From Eubacteriales bacterium (lineage in GTDB: Bacteria > Bacillota > Clostridia > Oscillospirales > CAG-272): 64,000 nucleotides of DNA. A model generated the notes under the pieces. It did not search any database. It was given only the letters and a program-made list of their open reading frames with translations, and was not told where the DNA came from. This document shows positions 9,981 to 19,111 of this stretch, piece by piece. The position numbers and the translations under genes were made by a program. Location of the stretch: assembly GCA_045543955.1 (NCBI GenBank), contig JAZPYB010000025.1:23289-87288 (forward strand), read 5' to 3'. Each line of letters starts with the position of its first letter. Positions within the stretch are counted from its first letter, which is position 1.

Positions 9981-10696
9981 ATATTGATAGATACCTCAAG
10001 GGCAAGCTTCATCATATCAGTGAAGGTTTTTTGTCTTTCCTCACTGCTTGTAGCTTCGCCGGTCAATAAATGGTCAGAAACCGTGCAAATAGCCAAAGCG
10101 TTTTTGCCAAGCCTAGAAGCTGTCATATAGAGTGCCGCCGCTTCCATTTCTACAGCCATAACGCCCATCTTTTTCCAAGGTGAGTCGCCCTTTCTTGACA
10201 TATCTAAGTCGCTATAAAATGTATCACTGGAAAGCAAGTTGCCAACGTGGTAATTTAGTCCTAAGCATTTTGCTTTATCGACACAGGTCGCAAGTAATTT
10301 GTAACTTGCTATAGGAGCAAAGGTGCCATCAAGTGCATATTGAGATGCAAAATTTGAGTTGGTGCAAGCACCCATACCAATAACAATATCACGCACCTTG
10401 ATTGACTCCTGCATACCACCCGCTGAGCCGACTCTGATTATATTTTCTACACCGTAAAACGAATATAATTCGTATGAATATATACCGATTGATGGCATAC
10501 CCATTCCGCTAGCCATAACACTAACCGGAACGCCCTTATAGGTTCCTGTATAGCCTTGGATTCCTCTTACGTTGTTAACAAGATGCGCATTTTCCAAGAA
10601 ATTCTCAGCAATGAATTTTGCGCGCAAGGGGTCGCCGGGCATCAAAACTGTTTTTGCAAATGCGCCGATTTCTGCATTAATATGAGGAGTTGCCAT
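9977..10696 (-). CDS. deoD: Purine nucleoside phosphorylase DeoD type
   Basis: The N-terminus is MATPHINAE, with VEMEAAAL later. I chose the ATG at 10696, which has an AAAGGTGG RBS. The GTG at 10708 given in the ORF track lies inside that RBS. Confidence 0.9.
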   Translation of the reverse strand: MATPHINAEIGAFAKTVLMPGDPLRAKFIAENFLENAHLVNNVRGIQGYTGTYKGVPVSVMASGMGMPSIGIYSYELYSFYGVENIIRVGSAGGMQESIKVRDIVIGMGACTNSNFASQYALDGTFAPIASYKLLATCVDKAKCLGLNYHVGNLLSSDTFYSDLDMSRKGDSPWKKMGVMAVEMEAAALYMTASRLGKNALAICTVSDHLLTGEATSSEERQKTFTDMMKLALEVSINI

Positions 10697-11354
10697 TGTC
10701 AGTACCACCTTTTTCTACAATTTTAACAATTCTGCTTGTGCCAAGACGTGAAGCGCCTAAATTAATAAAATCCACAGCATCCTCAAATGAGGATATTCCG
10801 CCTGCTGCCTTTATTTTAACGTGAGGTGCTACATATTTTGAAAAAAGAATAATATCCTCTCGAGTTGCGCCGCCAGTACTAAATCCAGTTGAGGTTTTAA
10901 TAAAATCAGCACCAGAAAGGCTCACTAGCTCACACATCTTTTGCTTTTCATAATCGGTTAATAGACAAGCTTCAATAATAACCTTTAAAACCTTGCCCTC
11001 GCAAGCCGACTTTATGTCCTTCAAATCAGAAAGAACCTTATCATAATTTGCACTTTTTAAATCGCCTATATTGATAACAGTGTCTATTTCGTCAGCACCG
11101 TTCAAAACAGCCTCTTGCGACTCAAAGCACTTGGTTCTGTTTGTTGAATATCCGTTTGGAAAGCCAGTAACTGTGCATATTTTAAGCTCTGTGCCAACAT
11201 ATTCCCTTGCTCTTTTTACAAAAGATGGAGGGATACATACGGATGCGGTTGAATATTTAATTCCCTCATCACATGTCTTTTTGATATCATTCCAAGTGGC
11301 ATCCTGCTTTAAATATGTGTGGTCAACATAGGAAAGTATCTTTTTTATATCCAT
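10677..11354 (-). CDS. deoC: Deoxyribose-phosphate aldolase
   Basis: It has the Schiff-base Lys context FIKTSTGF and is the first gene of the operon. Its end overlaps the deoD start by 20 nt. Confidence 0.92.
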   Translation of the reverse strand: MDIKKILSYVDHTYLKQDATWNDIKKTCDEGIKYSTASVCIPPSFVKRAREYVGTELKICTVTGFPNGYSTNRTKCFESQEAVLNGADEIDTVINIGDLKSANYDKVLSDLKDIKSACEGKVLKVIIEACLLTDYEKQKMCELVSLSGADFIKTSTGFSTGGATREDIILFSKYVAPHVKIKAAGGISSFEDAVDFINLGASRLGTSRIVKIVEKGGTDNGNSSY

Positions 11355-11436
11355 AATTCACCTCATAAAACTATCTTATATAATTATATTACCATAATAC
11401 AAAAACAAATTCAATAAAAACAAAAAAATAGAGAGG

Positions 11437-11470
11437 TAAAAGAAGAGGGTGGACTAAAATAGCCCACCCA
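11437..11470 (-). terminator. Terminator of hpf
   Basis: On the minus strand, gggtggg..ccaccc is followed by a T-rich tract. Confidence 0.6.
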
Positions 11471-11479
11471 GTGTATGAT

Positions 11480-12007
11480 TTATTCAGGAATTATAAGACC
11501 GTAGCCCCCTCTTTTACGTCTGTATACAACGCAGGTTTCAAGTGTTTCTGCATCTTTGAAAACGAAGAAGTCATGTCCTAGCATATTCATTTGCAAAATT
11601 GCTTCCTCAATTCCCATTGGCTTGAATGGGAAAGTCTTTGTTCTTACGTTTTGAACATATTCTTCCTCATCTAGACCGTCTTTTAAATCATCATCTATAA
11701 TATCAAAGGCATCAGCCTTTAGTCTCTTTTGTAGGCGCGTTTTGTTCTTTCTGATTTGTCTTTCGAGTGCTTCTGTTGCAGAGTCGATTGCTGTTGCAAA
11801 TGTGTCTGCCGCCTCTTCAGCACGGAAAACTATACCTTGTGAGCGAATAGTGATTTCAACCATCTCCTGGTCATTAGGCATTGAGAAGGTGATGTCCATT
11901 TCAGCTCCGTCATCGAAGAACTTATCGAATTTAGCGAGCTTCTTTTCAGCAACCTCCTTAACTGAGTCAAAAACTCTCATTTGTCGTGCGGTAAAATTCA
12001 TCTTCAT
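11480..12007 (-). CDS. hpf: Ribosome hibernation promoting factor, long form
   Basis: It has an S30AE-type N-domain and a C-terminal dimerisation domain (FVFKDAETLETCVVYRRKRGGYGLI). Confidence 0.9.
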   Translation of the reverse strand: MKMNFTARQMRVFDSVKEVAEKKLAKFDKFFDDGAEMDITFSMPNDQEMVEITIRSQGIVFRAEEAADTFATAIDSATEALERQIRKNKTRLQKRLKADAFDIIDDDLKDGLDEEEYVQNVRTKTFPFKPMGIEEAILQMNMLGHDFFVFKDAETLETCVVYRRKRGGYGLIIPE

Positions 12008-12232
12008 ATGAACACCTCGTTTGCTAATGGATTTCAGAACGTATCTGTTCTGTTAAACTTATTATATCACATTATATCGTGAAAATAAATAGAAAAAAAC
12101 AAAAAAATTAATATTTTTTGTGAAAAACAAACAAAAATTTTGTGAAAATACTAAAATTCGAATAAAAAACTAGTCAATCTTTGAAAATTTGAAAAATGAG
12201 CAAAAATATTCGACAAAAGGGCTCGTTTTTGT

Positions 12233-12261
12233 TTGACTTTTATATGTAATTATGATATACT
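12233..12261 (+). promoter_or_regulatory. Sigma-A type promoter for the pfk-DUF1846 genes
   Basis: It reads TTGACT, a 17-nt spacer, then an extended -10 (TGaTATACT). Confidence 0.6.
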
Positions 12262-12294
12262 ATTAAATGTTAGTAAACTTTTAGGAGGCGTATT

Positions 12295-13521
12295 ATGCTT
12301 GAAGGAAATGCAATAGTTGGGCAATCAGGCGGACCAACATCGGCTATTAATGCCACTCTATCTGGCGTTATTAAGGGTGCTTACGCTTCTAAAAATATTA
12401 AAAAGCTTTTTGGTATGAAAAACGGAATAGAGGGCTTTTTAGACGAGCAAATAATAGATTTAACATATCTTTTCGGAAACGAGGAACAACTGGAAATTCT
12501 AGAAACCACACCTGCAAGTGCTCTTGGCTCGTGCAGAAAAAAATTGCCAAATTTAGACACCCCTGACACTATTTACGATAAAGTTTTCGAGATTTTCAAG
12601 AAATATGATATTAGGTTTTTCTTCTATATTGGTGGAAATGACTCTATGGATACCGTATATAAGCTGTCTGAGTATGCAAAAACAATTGACTATGAGATTA
12701 GAATAGTTGGCGTTCCCAAAACAATTGATAACGATTTGCCAGTTACAGACCATACTCCAGGCTTCGGCTCTGCTGCGAAATTCATTGCTACTGCAATTTC
12801 AGAAATAGCAACAGACTGCTCAGTTTACACAATGAAGGCTGTTACTATTGTCGAAATGATGGGAAGGGATGCCGGTTGGCTCACTTGTGCTGCGGCTCTT
12901 GCAAAGGAACACAACGGAGCAGGCGCAGACCTTATATATTTGCCCGAGGCTCCGTTTTATGACAATGAATTTATAAGCTCTATTGAAAAATGCTTTGAGG
13001 ATCATCCAAATGTTGTCGTTGCTGTGAGTGAGGGAATAAGATATGAAAACGGAAACTATGTAGGCGCAAGTAACCAAAGTGGAATGGTGGATGTTTTTGG
13101 TCACAAGTATCTTGCTGGTACTGCAAAAAATCTAGAAGCGCTGGTTAAAAGAGAAATTGGCTGTAAGGTTCGTTCGGTTGAACTTAATCTTTTACAAAGA
13201 TGCTCAGCTCATATTTTGTCATCAACTGATATAAATGAAAGCATTGAGATCGGTAGACAAGCTGTTTCGTTCGCTTGTGATGGTCAAACAGGGGTTATGC
13301 TTGCGTTTGTCCGTAAGAATTCCCCAAATTATGAGGTCGAAATTATCAGCGTGCCTGTGGAAGAGGTTGCAAATAAAGTAAAATTTGTTCCAAACAACTT
13401 TATAAATGACGAGAAAAACAACGTTACAAAGGAATGTATTGATTATATTTCTCCACTCATACTTGGAGAAAAAGAAATAAAATATAAGAATGGTGTGCCA
13501 GTGCACATTCGCTTGAAATAA
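12295..13521 (+). CDS. pfp: 6-phosphofructokinase family, PPi-dependent-type signature
   Basis: It belongs to the PfkA family (MGRDAGW, PKTIDNDL). At the E. coli 104 and 124 equivalents it has Asp (GGNDS) and Lys (PKTIDND), the residues associated with PPi use. Confidence 0.75.
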   Translation: MLEGNAIVGQSGGPTSAINATLSGVIKGAYASKNIKKLFGMKNGIEGFLDEQIIDLTYLFGNEEQLEILETTPASALGSCRKKLPNLDTPDTIYDKVFEIFKKYDIRFFFYIGGNDSMDTVYKLSEYAKTIDYEIRIVGVPKTIDNDLPVTDHTPGFGSAAKFIATAISEIATDCSVYTMKAVTIVEMMGRDAGWLTCAAALAKEHNGAGADLIYLPEAPFYDNEFISSIEKCFEDHPNVVVAVSEGIRYENGNYVGASNQSGMVDVFGHKYLAGTAKNLEALVKREIGCKVRSVELNLLQRCSAHILSSTDINESIEIGRQAVSFACDGQTGVMLAFVRKNSPNYEVEIISVPVEEVANKVKFVPNNFINDEKNNVTKECIDYISPLILGEKEIKYKNGVPVHIRLK

Positions 13522-13533
13522 GAAGGACGAGTT

Positions 13534-15018
13534 ATGTATAGAATAGGTTTTGACAATGATAAATATTTGAAGCTGCAATCTGAAAAAATCAAGGAGAGAA
13601 TTTCACAGTTCGGTGGTAAGCTCTATCTTGAATTCGGCGGTAAGCTCTTTGATGACTATCACGCATCAAGAGTTTTGCCTGGCTTTGAGCCTGATAGCAA
13701 AATCAGAATGTTAGCAGAACTGAAGGACCAAGCTGAAATTATAATTGCGGTTAACTCTGCTGATATAGAAAAAAACAAGGTTCGTGGTGACCTTGGTATT
13801 ACATATGACCTCGACGTTCTTCGTTTGATTGATGCATTCCGTGGCTTTGGTTTATATGTAGGAAGCGTTGTTCTTACAAGATACGATTCAACCGCTAGCG
13901 TTGAAAAGTTTAAAAACAAGCTTGAATCCTTGGGAATAAAGGTTTATAAGCATTATGCAATCAACAACTACCCATACGACATTGATTACATTGTTAGCGA
14001 TGAGGGCTACGGCAAAAACGAGTACATAGAAACAGAACGCTCCTTGGTTGTTGTTACGGCTCCCGGTCCTGGTAGTGGAAAAATGGCTACATGCCTTTCC
14101 CAAATTTATCACGATTATAAAAAGGGAATTAACGCAGGTTATGCAAAATTTGAAACCTTCCCGATTTGGAATATCCCACTCTCCCATCCGGTAAATGTTG
14201 CATATGAGGCGGCAACAGCTGATTTAAATGATATAAATATGATTGATCCATTCCATTTAGATGCATATGGCACAACCGCTGTTAACTACAATAGAGACGT
14301 TGAAATTTTCCCAGTGCTTCGCGCTATGTATGAGGGAATTATGGGCGTTTGTCCATATAAATCCCCAACTGATATGGGCGTTAATATGGCAGGCAACTGT
14401 ATTTTTGATGACGAAGCTGTAAGAGAGAGCGCAAATAATGAAATTATAAGAAGATATTATCACGCACTTTGCCAGCAAAGAAAAGGAAACGCTTGCGATG
14501 ATGAGATAAACAAAATCAAGCTTCTTATGAATCAAAGCTCAATAAACGCAAAGCAGAGAAGATGCATTCAAGCTGCACAGGATAGAGCTGAGGAAACGGG
14601 AGCTCCGGCTGCTGCTATCGAGCTTTGCGACGGAAGAATTGTTACTGGAAAAACCTCGTCGCTTCTAGGCGCTTCAAGTGCAGTTTTAGTTAACGCAATT
14701 AAAGCAATTGCAGGAATTGATAAGGAAATAGATATTATTTCTCACGATGTTTTGGAGCCGGTTCAAAGATTAAAAATAGAGAATCTTGGTAACCATAACC
14801 CAAGGCTTCACACGGATGAGGTACTCATAGCTCTTGCTATTACCGCAGCAACAGACGAGACAGCAAAGCGCGCAATGAACGCATTAAAGGAGCTGAAGAA
14901 TGCGGAGCTTCATTCATCTGTTATTCTATCTCCTGTTGATGTTGCTACCTTTAGAAAGCTTGGCATACACTTAACATGTGAGCCGGTTTATCAAACAAAG
15001 AAGTTATTTCATGGTTAA
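13534..15018 (+). CDS. DUF1846 / UPF0371 family protein
   Basis: At 494 aa, its N-terminus FDNDKYLKLQSEKI..GKLYLEFGGKLFDDYHASRVLPGFEPD matches my memory of the UPF0371 family. Confidence 0.7.
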   Translation: MYRIGFDNDKYLKLQSEKIKERISQFGGKLYLEFGGKLFDDYHASRVLPGFEPDSKIRMLAELKDQAEIIIAVNSADIEKNKVRGDLGITYDLDVLRLIDAFRGFGLYVGSVVLTRYDSTASVEKFKNKLESLGIKVYKHYAINNYPYDIDYIVSDEGYGKNEYIETERSLVVVTAPGPGSGKMATCLSQIYHDYKKGINAGYAKFETFPIWNIPLSHPVNVAYEAATADLNDINMIDPFHLDAYGTTAVNYNRDVEIFPVLRAMYEGIMGVCPYKSPTDMGVNMAGNCIFDDEAVRESANNEIIRRYYHALCQQRKGNACDDEINKIKLLMNQSSINAKQRRCIQAAQDRAEETGAPAAAIELCDGRIVTGKTSSLLGASSAVLVNAIKAIAGIDKEIDIISHDVLEPVQRLKIENLGNHNPRLHTDEVLIALAITAATDETAKRAMNALKELKNAELHSSVILSPVDVATFRKLGIHLTCEPVYQTKKLFHG

Positions 15019-15024
15019 TAAAAA

Positions 15025-15055
15025 AACAAAAACGGTCATTTGACCGTTTTTGTTA
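15025..15055. terminator. Bidirectional terminator between convergent genes
   Basis: aacggtc-attt-gaccgtt is flanked by an A-run and a T-run. Confidence 0.8.
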
Positions 15056-15337
15056 TTTACTAAGATGCTTTTTAATTGCGTTTTTTATATCATATAAAAG
15101 AGCTAAGTCTTTTTCAGATAAAGTATTGAAGTAATCAAGTGAAAGTAAAAAGTCTGCACTAATGTTTAGTATTTGGCAAATTCTGCGTAGTTGAGTAAGA
15201 TTTGGTTCTTGTACGCCACGTTCTATTTTTGAGTAACCAGATTGGCTCATAGGGATTTGGCGAGCAATGTCTTCTTGAGACAAATCAAGATCTTCTCTTG
15301 CTGCACGTATTTTTTCTCCAATGTTCATAAGTACCAC
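15053..15337 (-). CDS. XRE-family helix-turn-helix transcriptional regulator (orphan)
   Basis: It has the HTH_3 pattern LSQEDIARQIPMSQSGYSKIERGVQEPNLTQL. Length is 94 aa. Confidence 0.8.
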   Translation of the reverse strand: MVLMNIGEKIRAAREDLDLSQEDIARQIPMSQSGYSKIERGVQEPNLTQLRRICQILNISADFLLSLDYFNTLSEKDLALLYDIKNAIKKHLSK

Positions 15338-15494
15338 CTCGCATAGAAAATATAATGCTTATATTATACAAAAAAATGACAAAAAAGTCGCGATATAGTT
15401 TCATTTAATATTAAAAAGTACATTCAATACTATATATTTTATATTATTATATAAAGTAATAAAAATTAACGGGGAGAGTATTAACTCGCCCCTC

Positions 15495-17630
15495 TTAATT
15501 TATAGTATTTGATTTCGTTTTACATACGCTTTCAACCATAGTATTTAACAAGAAATTTTCGGGTGCGCAAAGACTTGGGTCTGCATCTAAAATCTTCTTG
15601 GCACTTTCAAAGGCTGAATGAACTAAAAGTGTGTCAGTGCAGGATTTAGCAATTCCTAAATCCATCTGACCGGATTGACGTACACTGCTACTGGAAGAGA
15701 AAAAGTCACCAGGGCCACGCATCTGCAAATCTCTTTCAGCGATAGTATAGCCGTCATATGTTGTTTTCATAATGTCTAAGCGCTCTTTTGCGGTTTCGCC
15801 CTTGGAATCAGAGATTAGAACACAATATGATTTGCGAGAGCCACGTCCAACACGTCCTCGCAATTGATGAAGCTGAGAAAGACCAAAGCGCTCAGCATTT
15901 TCGACTATCATGAGTGAAGCGTTTGGAACATTTACACCAACCTCAATAACGGTGGTAGATACTAAAATATCTATATTTCCAGAGGAAAACTCTGCCATAA
16001 TAGTGTCCTTTTCCTTGCCCTTTAGCTTGCCGTGAATAAATGCAATTTTTAAATCAGGGAAAATTTCTTCTGATAGCTCTTTGGCAAAATCAACAGCCGA
16101 TTTTAGTGGTGGCTGATGTTCATCATATAAAAATGAGAACGGGTCAAAGTCAGAGGTATTGTCAATATCATCCTTCTTTTCTTCGACGCTGGGACAAACA
16201 ATATATACTTGTCCACCATCATCAACCTGTTTTCTAATGAATGCATAAAGGCGTTGCCTATAAGTCTCGTCAACAACATAAGTGGAAACTCTTTCACGTC
16301 CTGGAGGCATTTCGTCAATCAAAGAAATATCGAGGTCTCCATACATCATAAATGATAGTGTTCTTGGTATAGGGGTTGCACTCATAACTAATGTATGAGC
16401 TGAATATCCCTTATCGGTAAGTGCTGAGCGTTGATTTGCTCCAAAACGATGCTGCTCGTCAGTGATTGCAAGAGCTAAATTGTTAAATTCAACATTTCCT
16501 TGAATTAGTGCATGCGTGCCAATTACAAACTGACACTCTCCGGATTTTAAGCGACTCAGTATCGCTCTTTTATCTTTTGTCGAAGTGCTACCTGTAAGCA
16601 ATTCACAAGTAATACCTAACGAATTGAATATTGGGAGAAGAGAATCAAAGTGTTGAGTTGCTAGTATTTCAGTAGGTGCCATTAAAGCACATTGATATCC
16701 ATTTTTACACGCAATATATGCGGCGGCAGTTGCGCAAAGCGTTTTACCACTGCCGACATCTCCAACAACAATTCTGTTCATTGGCTTTATCAAAAATTTG
16801 TCATTTTTCGGACACGTGTCGAGAGAAATTTCGGAAATTGCTTTCATTTGTGCATCGGTCGGCTTGTATGGCAATAGTGCTAAAAGAGGACTAATGTCGG
16901 TATCATCAAATCTTGGCGCAACTTGCTCCTTTTGTACTGATTTTATTTTTGACAATGCTAGTGCAAATAAAAACAGCTCATCAAAGGTTAATCGCTTGAT
17001 AGCCTTTTCAAGACTTTCTTCACTTTTGGGAAAATGTATGTTCTCCAATGCGAATGTAAGTGTTGGCAGATTATTTTCCTCTCTTACGCTTGGCGGTAAA
17101 AAGTCATTGACAAATGAGGGTAGGCTAGAGACAATTTCGCGCATTAGCTTTGAAAGAAACTTTTGGTTTATTCCCGAAAACAATGGATAAACAGGAATCA
17201 ATGCATCAAGCTCTTTGTTTGGCAAAATTGGTTCATAAGCCGGAGAAGTCATACACAGGGTGCGTTTTTCTTTTGTTGCTTTGCCCCAAAATCTGAATGT
17301 TGCTCCTTGATGAAAAACATCTTTTAGGTAATTTTGATTAAAATATGTGATGTTAACTGAGCCACTCTCGTCGAAGGCTCTGAACTTCAACAAATTCATA
17401 CCCCGTCTAATCATAGCAGCCTTTGGCTCGTTGGCAATTGTCAAGATATATGAGTGGTATTCCCCATAGGCGCTTTCGTCGGATAAGAGCCTTGTGCTGG
17501 CTCTATTTTGATACGCTCTTGGAAAATGGTATAGAAGGTCCTTTACAGTGAAAAATCCACCACTGTGTAGACTTTTTTCTATTTTTTCGCCAACTCCATA
17601 CAGCTTTTTAACAGGAGTTTGATAATCCAT
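15495..17630 (-). CDS. recG: ATP-dependent DNA helicase RecG
   Basis: It has Walker A GDVGSGKT, DEQHRFG and the QLRGRVGRG motif. Length is 711 aa. Confidence 0.93.
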   Translation of the reverse strand: MDYQTPVKKLYGVGEKIEKSLHSGGFFTVKDLLYHFPRAYQNRASTRLLSDESAYGEYHSYILTIANEPKAAMIRRGMNLLKFRAFDESGSVNITYFNQNYLKDVFHQGATFRFWGKATKEKRTLCMTSPAYEPILPNKELDALIPVYPLFSGINQKFLSKLMREIVSSLPSFVNDFLPPSVREENNLPTLTFALENIHFPKSEESLEKAIKRLTFDELFLFALALSKIKSVQKEQVAPRFDDTDISPLLALLPYKPTDAQMKAISEISLDTCPKNDKFLIKPMNRIVVGDVGSGKTLCATAAAYIACKNGYQCALMAPTEILATQHFDSLLPIFNSLGITCELLTGSTSTKDKRAILSRLKSGECQFVIGTHALIQGNVEFNNLALAITDEQHRFGANQRSALTDKGYSAHTLVMSATPIPRTLSFMMYGDLDISLIDEMPPGRERVSTYVVDETYRQRLYAFIRKQVDDGGQVYIVCPSVEEKKDDIDNTSDFDPFSFLYDEHQPPLKSAVDFAKELSEEIFPDLKIAFIHGKLKGKEKDTIMAEFSSGNIDILVSTTVIEVGVNVPNASLMIVENAERFGLSQLHQLRGRVGRGSRKSYCVLISDSKGETAKERLDIMKTTYDGYTIAERDLQMRGPGDFFSSSSSVRQSGQMDLGIAKSCTDTLLVHSAFESAKKILDADPSLCAPENFLLNTMVESVCKTKSNTIN

Positions 17631-17649
17631 TTTTCGCTCCTTTATAGAT

Positions 17650-17683
17650 TAAATAATACCCGCAGAGCTTTTTCTCTGCGGGT
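17650..17683 (-). terminator. Terminator after glcK
   Basis: cccgcagag-aaaaag-ctctgcggg is followed by a T-rich tail on the minus strand. Confidence 0.7.
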
Positions 17684-17689
17684 GTAGTT

Positions 17690-18649
17690 TTATAGTCCGA
17701 GAACTGCAGCGCCAACAATGCCCGCATCGTTGCCAAGCTCGGCAATTTTAATTTCGGTTTGTTTATCGCCTCTTGTGTATGTTTGCTCAAATACAACTTT
17801 TTTAAGTGGAACTAGCAAGTTGTCCTTTTCATTGCAAACGCCACCGCCAATTGAAAGAATGTTTGGTTGGAAAATGTTGATTATGTTTGCAATACCACAA
17901 GCGAGGTATGAAATATATTCATCAACTATTTCCTTGCCAACCTCGTCGCCTTGCTTCATTGCTGTAAATGCAACTCTTGCATTGCAGTTATCAATATTTC
18001 CGTTGATTAACTCTTCAATTAGAGTTTTACGTCCTTCAGCTCTTGCTTTTAAAACATGCTCCTTAGTCATATTTGTAAGACCAGTAGCAGAGCTATATGT
18101 TTCCCAACAGCCACGTCTGCCACAGGTGCATTGCTTTCCGTCCTTTTCAATTACGGTGTGTCCAAGCTCAGCACCGGCAAAGTTGAAGCCGGAATAAACC
18201 TGACCATCAAGAACAATTCCGCCACCAAGACCTGTGCCGAGTGTAATCATAACAGAGAACTTAGCTCCCTTGGCAACTCCGGCGATAGCCTCAGCTTTTG
18301 CAGCTGCGTTTGCGTCGTTTTCAATATAAACCTTTGAAAGTCCTGTGTATTCCTTTAATAAATCTGCAATAGGGAAGTTTACAAAGGGGAGGTTGTTTGC
18401 GTATTCGACAACACCTGTTTCGGAGTTTGCAGTTCCAGGGGTTGCAATACCTGCATATTCAATATCGTTAATTGAAAGACCGCAATCCTCAATTAAGGAA
18501 AGACAAAGCTTAGCCATGTCCTTGATTATTTCCTTGCCATCTCTGTTTGCTTGAGTTGGAACGCTCTTTTTCTTAACTATTTTATAATCTTTATCAACTA
18601 TGCCTGCAGCGATGTTTGTTCCACCGAGGTCAATTCCTAAATAGTACAT
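17690..18649 (-). CDS. glcK: ROK-family glucokinase
   Basis: It has the N-terminal GIDLGGTN and the ROK zinc motif CTCGRRGCWETY. Confidence 0.88.
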   Translation of the reverse strand: MYYLGIDLGGTNIAAGIVDKDYKIVKKKSVPTQANRDGKEIIKDMAKLCLSLIEDCGLSINDIEYAGIATPGTANSETGVVEYANNLPFVNFPIADLLKEYTGLSKVYIENDANAAAKAEAIAGVAKGAKFSVMITLGTGLGGGIVLDGQVYSGFNFAGAELGHTVIEKDGKQCTCGRRGCWETYSSATGLTNMTKEHVLKARAEGRKTLIEELINGNIDNCNARVAFTAMKQGDEVGKEIVDEYISYLACGIANIINIFQPNILSIGGGVCNEKDNLLVPLKKVVFEQTYTRGDKQTEIKIAELGNDAGIVGAAVLGL

Positions 18650-18679
18650 AAAATTACCATCCTTTCTGTGTGTATATTC

Positions 18680-18708
18680 ATTATAATATTATTTTTACCC
18701 AATGTCAA
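18680..18708 (-). promoter_or_regulatory. Consensus sigma-A promoter for glcK
   Basis: The minus strand reads TTGACA, a 17-nt spacer, then TATAAT, about 30 nt upstream of the start codon. Confidence 0.7.
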
Positions 18709-18785
18709 GTTTTTTACAATATTTTGGAAAAATAAAAAAGTAAATTTCTACGAATTCGATATGTGCCAAAAAAATAGCTTGTTTT

Positions 18786-18802
18786 TTGTGCAAATTGCAC
18801 AA
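18786..18802. promoter_or_regulatory. Perfect 8+1+8 palindrome TTGTGCAA-A-TTGCACAA (candidate operator)
   Basis: I verified it base by base. Its first 12 nt recur at 18961..18972, next to the -35 of the operon promoter. Confidence 0.45.
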
Positions 18803-18986
18803 CGTGTAGAAATTTTATTAATAATATATTAAAATGCCAAGACTCCCCTTGGTTGCTGGATTTTCAATGGATTTTTTTGTAAAAAATGGTCTGAAAAAGA
18901 AAAAAATTATTTTGTTTTTAGTTGAAAATAATTAATAAATTTTTTATTTAAAGCCTCGGCTTGTGCAAATTGTTAAAAATGGCAAC

Positions 18987-19015
18987 TTGACTTTAAATTA
19001 TTTGTGTGCTAAAAT
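18987..19015 (+). promoter_or_regulatory. Sigma-A promoter of the 19.1-32.2 kb operon
   Basis: It reads TTGACT, a 17-nt spacer, then an extended -10 (TGcTAAAAT). It predicts a leader of about 90 nt containing two hairpins (19029..19046 and 19051..19083). Confidence 0.6.
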
Positions 19016-19111
19016 TATACATACTAATATATACGCACACGTATATCTTGCATTTGTTTGGTAAGCGCTAACCCAAGCAAATGATTAGAACGCAAATATG
19101 GAGGATTTCTT

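Noticed and set aside
16040-18554. Plus-strand ORFs inside recG and glcK (e.g. 16798..17190, 17718..18197, 18056..18337, 18345..18554) and the minus-strand ORFs 16103..16318 and 17608..17796
   Set aside because: They are shadow ORFs of strongly supported minus-strand genes. ORF 17608..17796 spans the glcK terminator and the recG start. None has recognisable motifs or an RBS.
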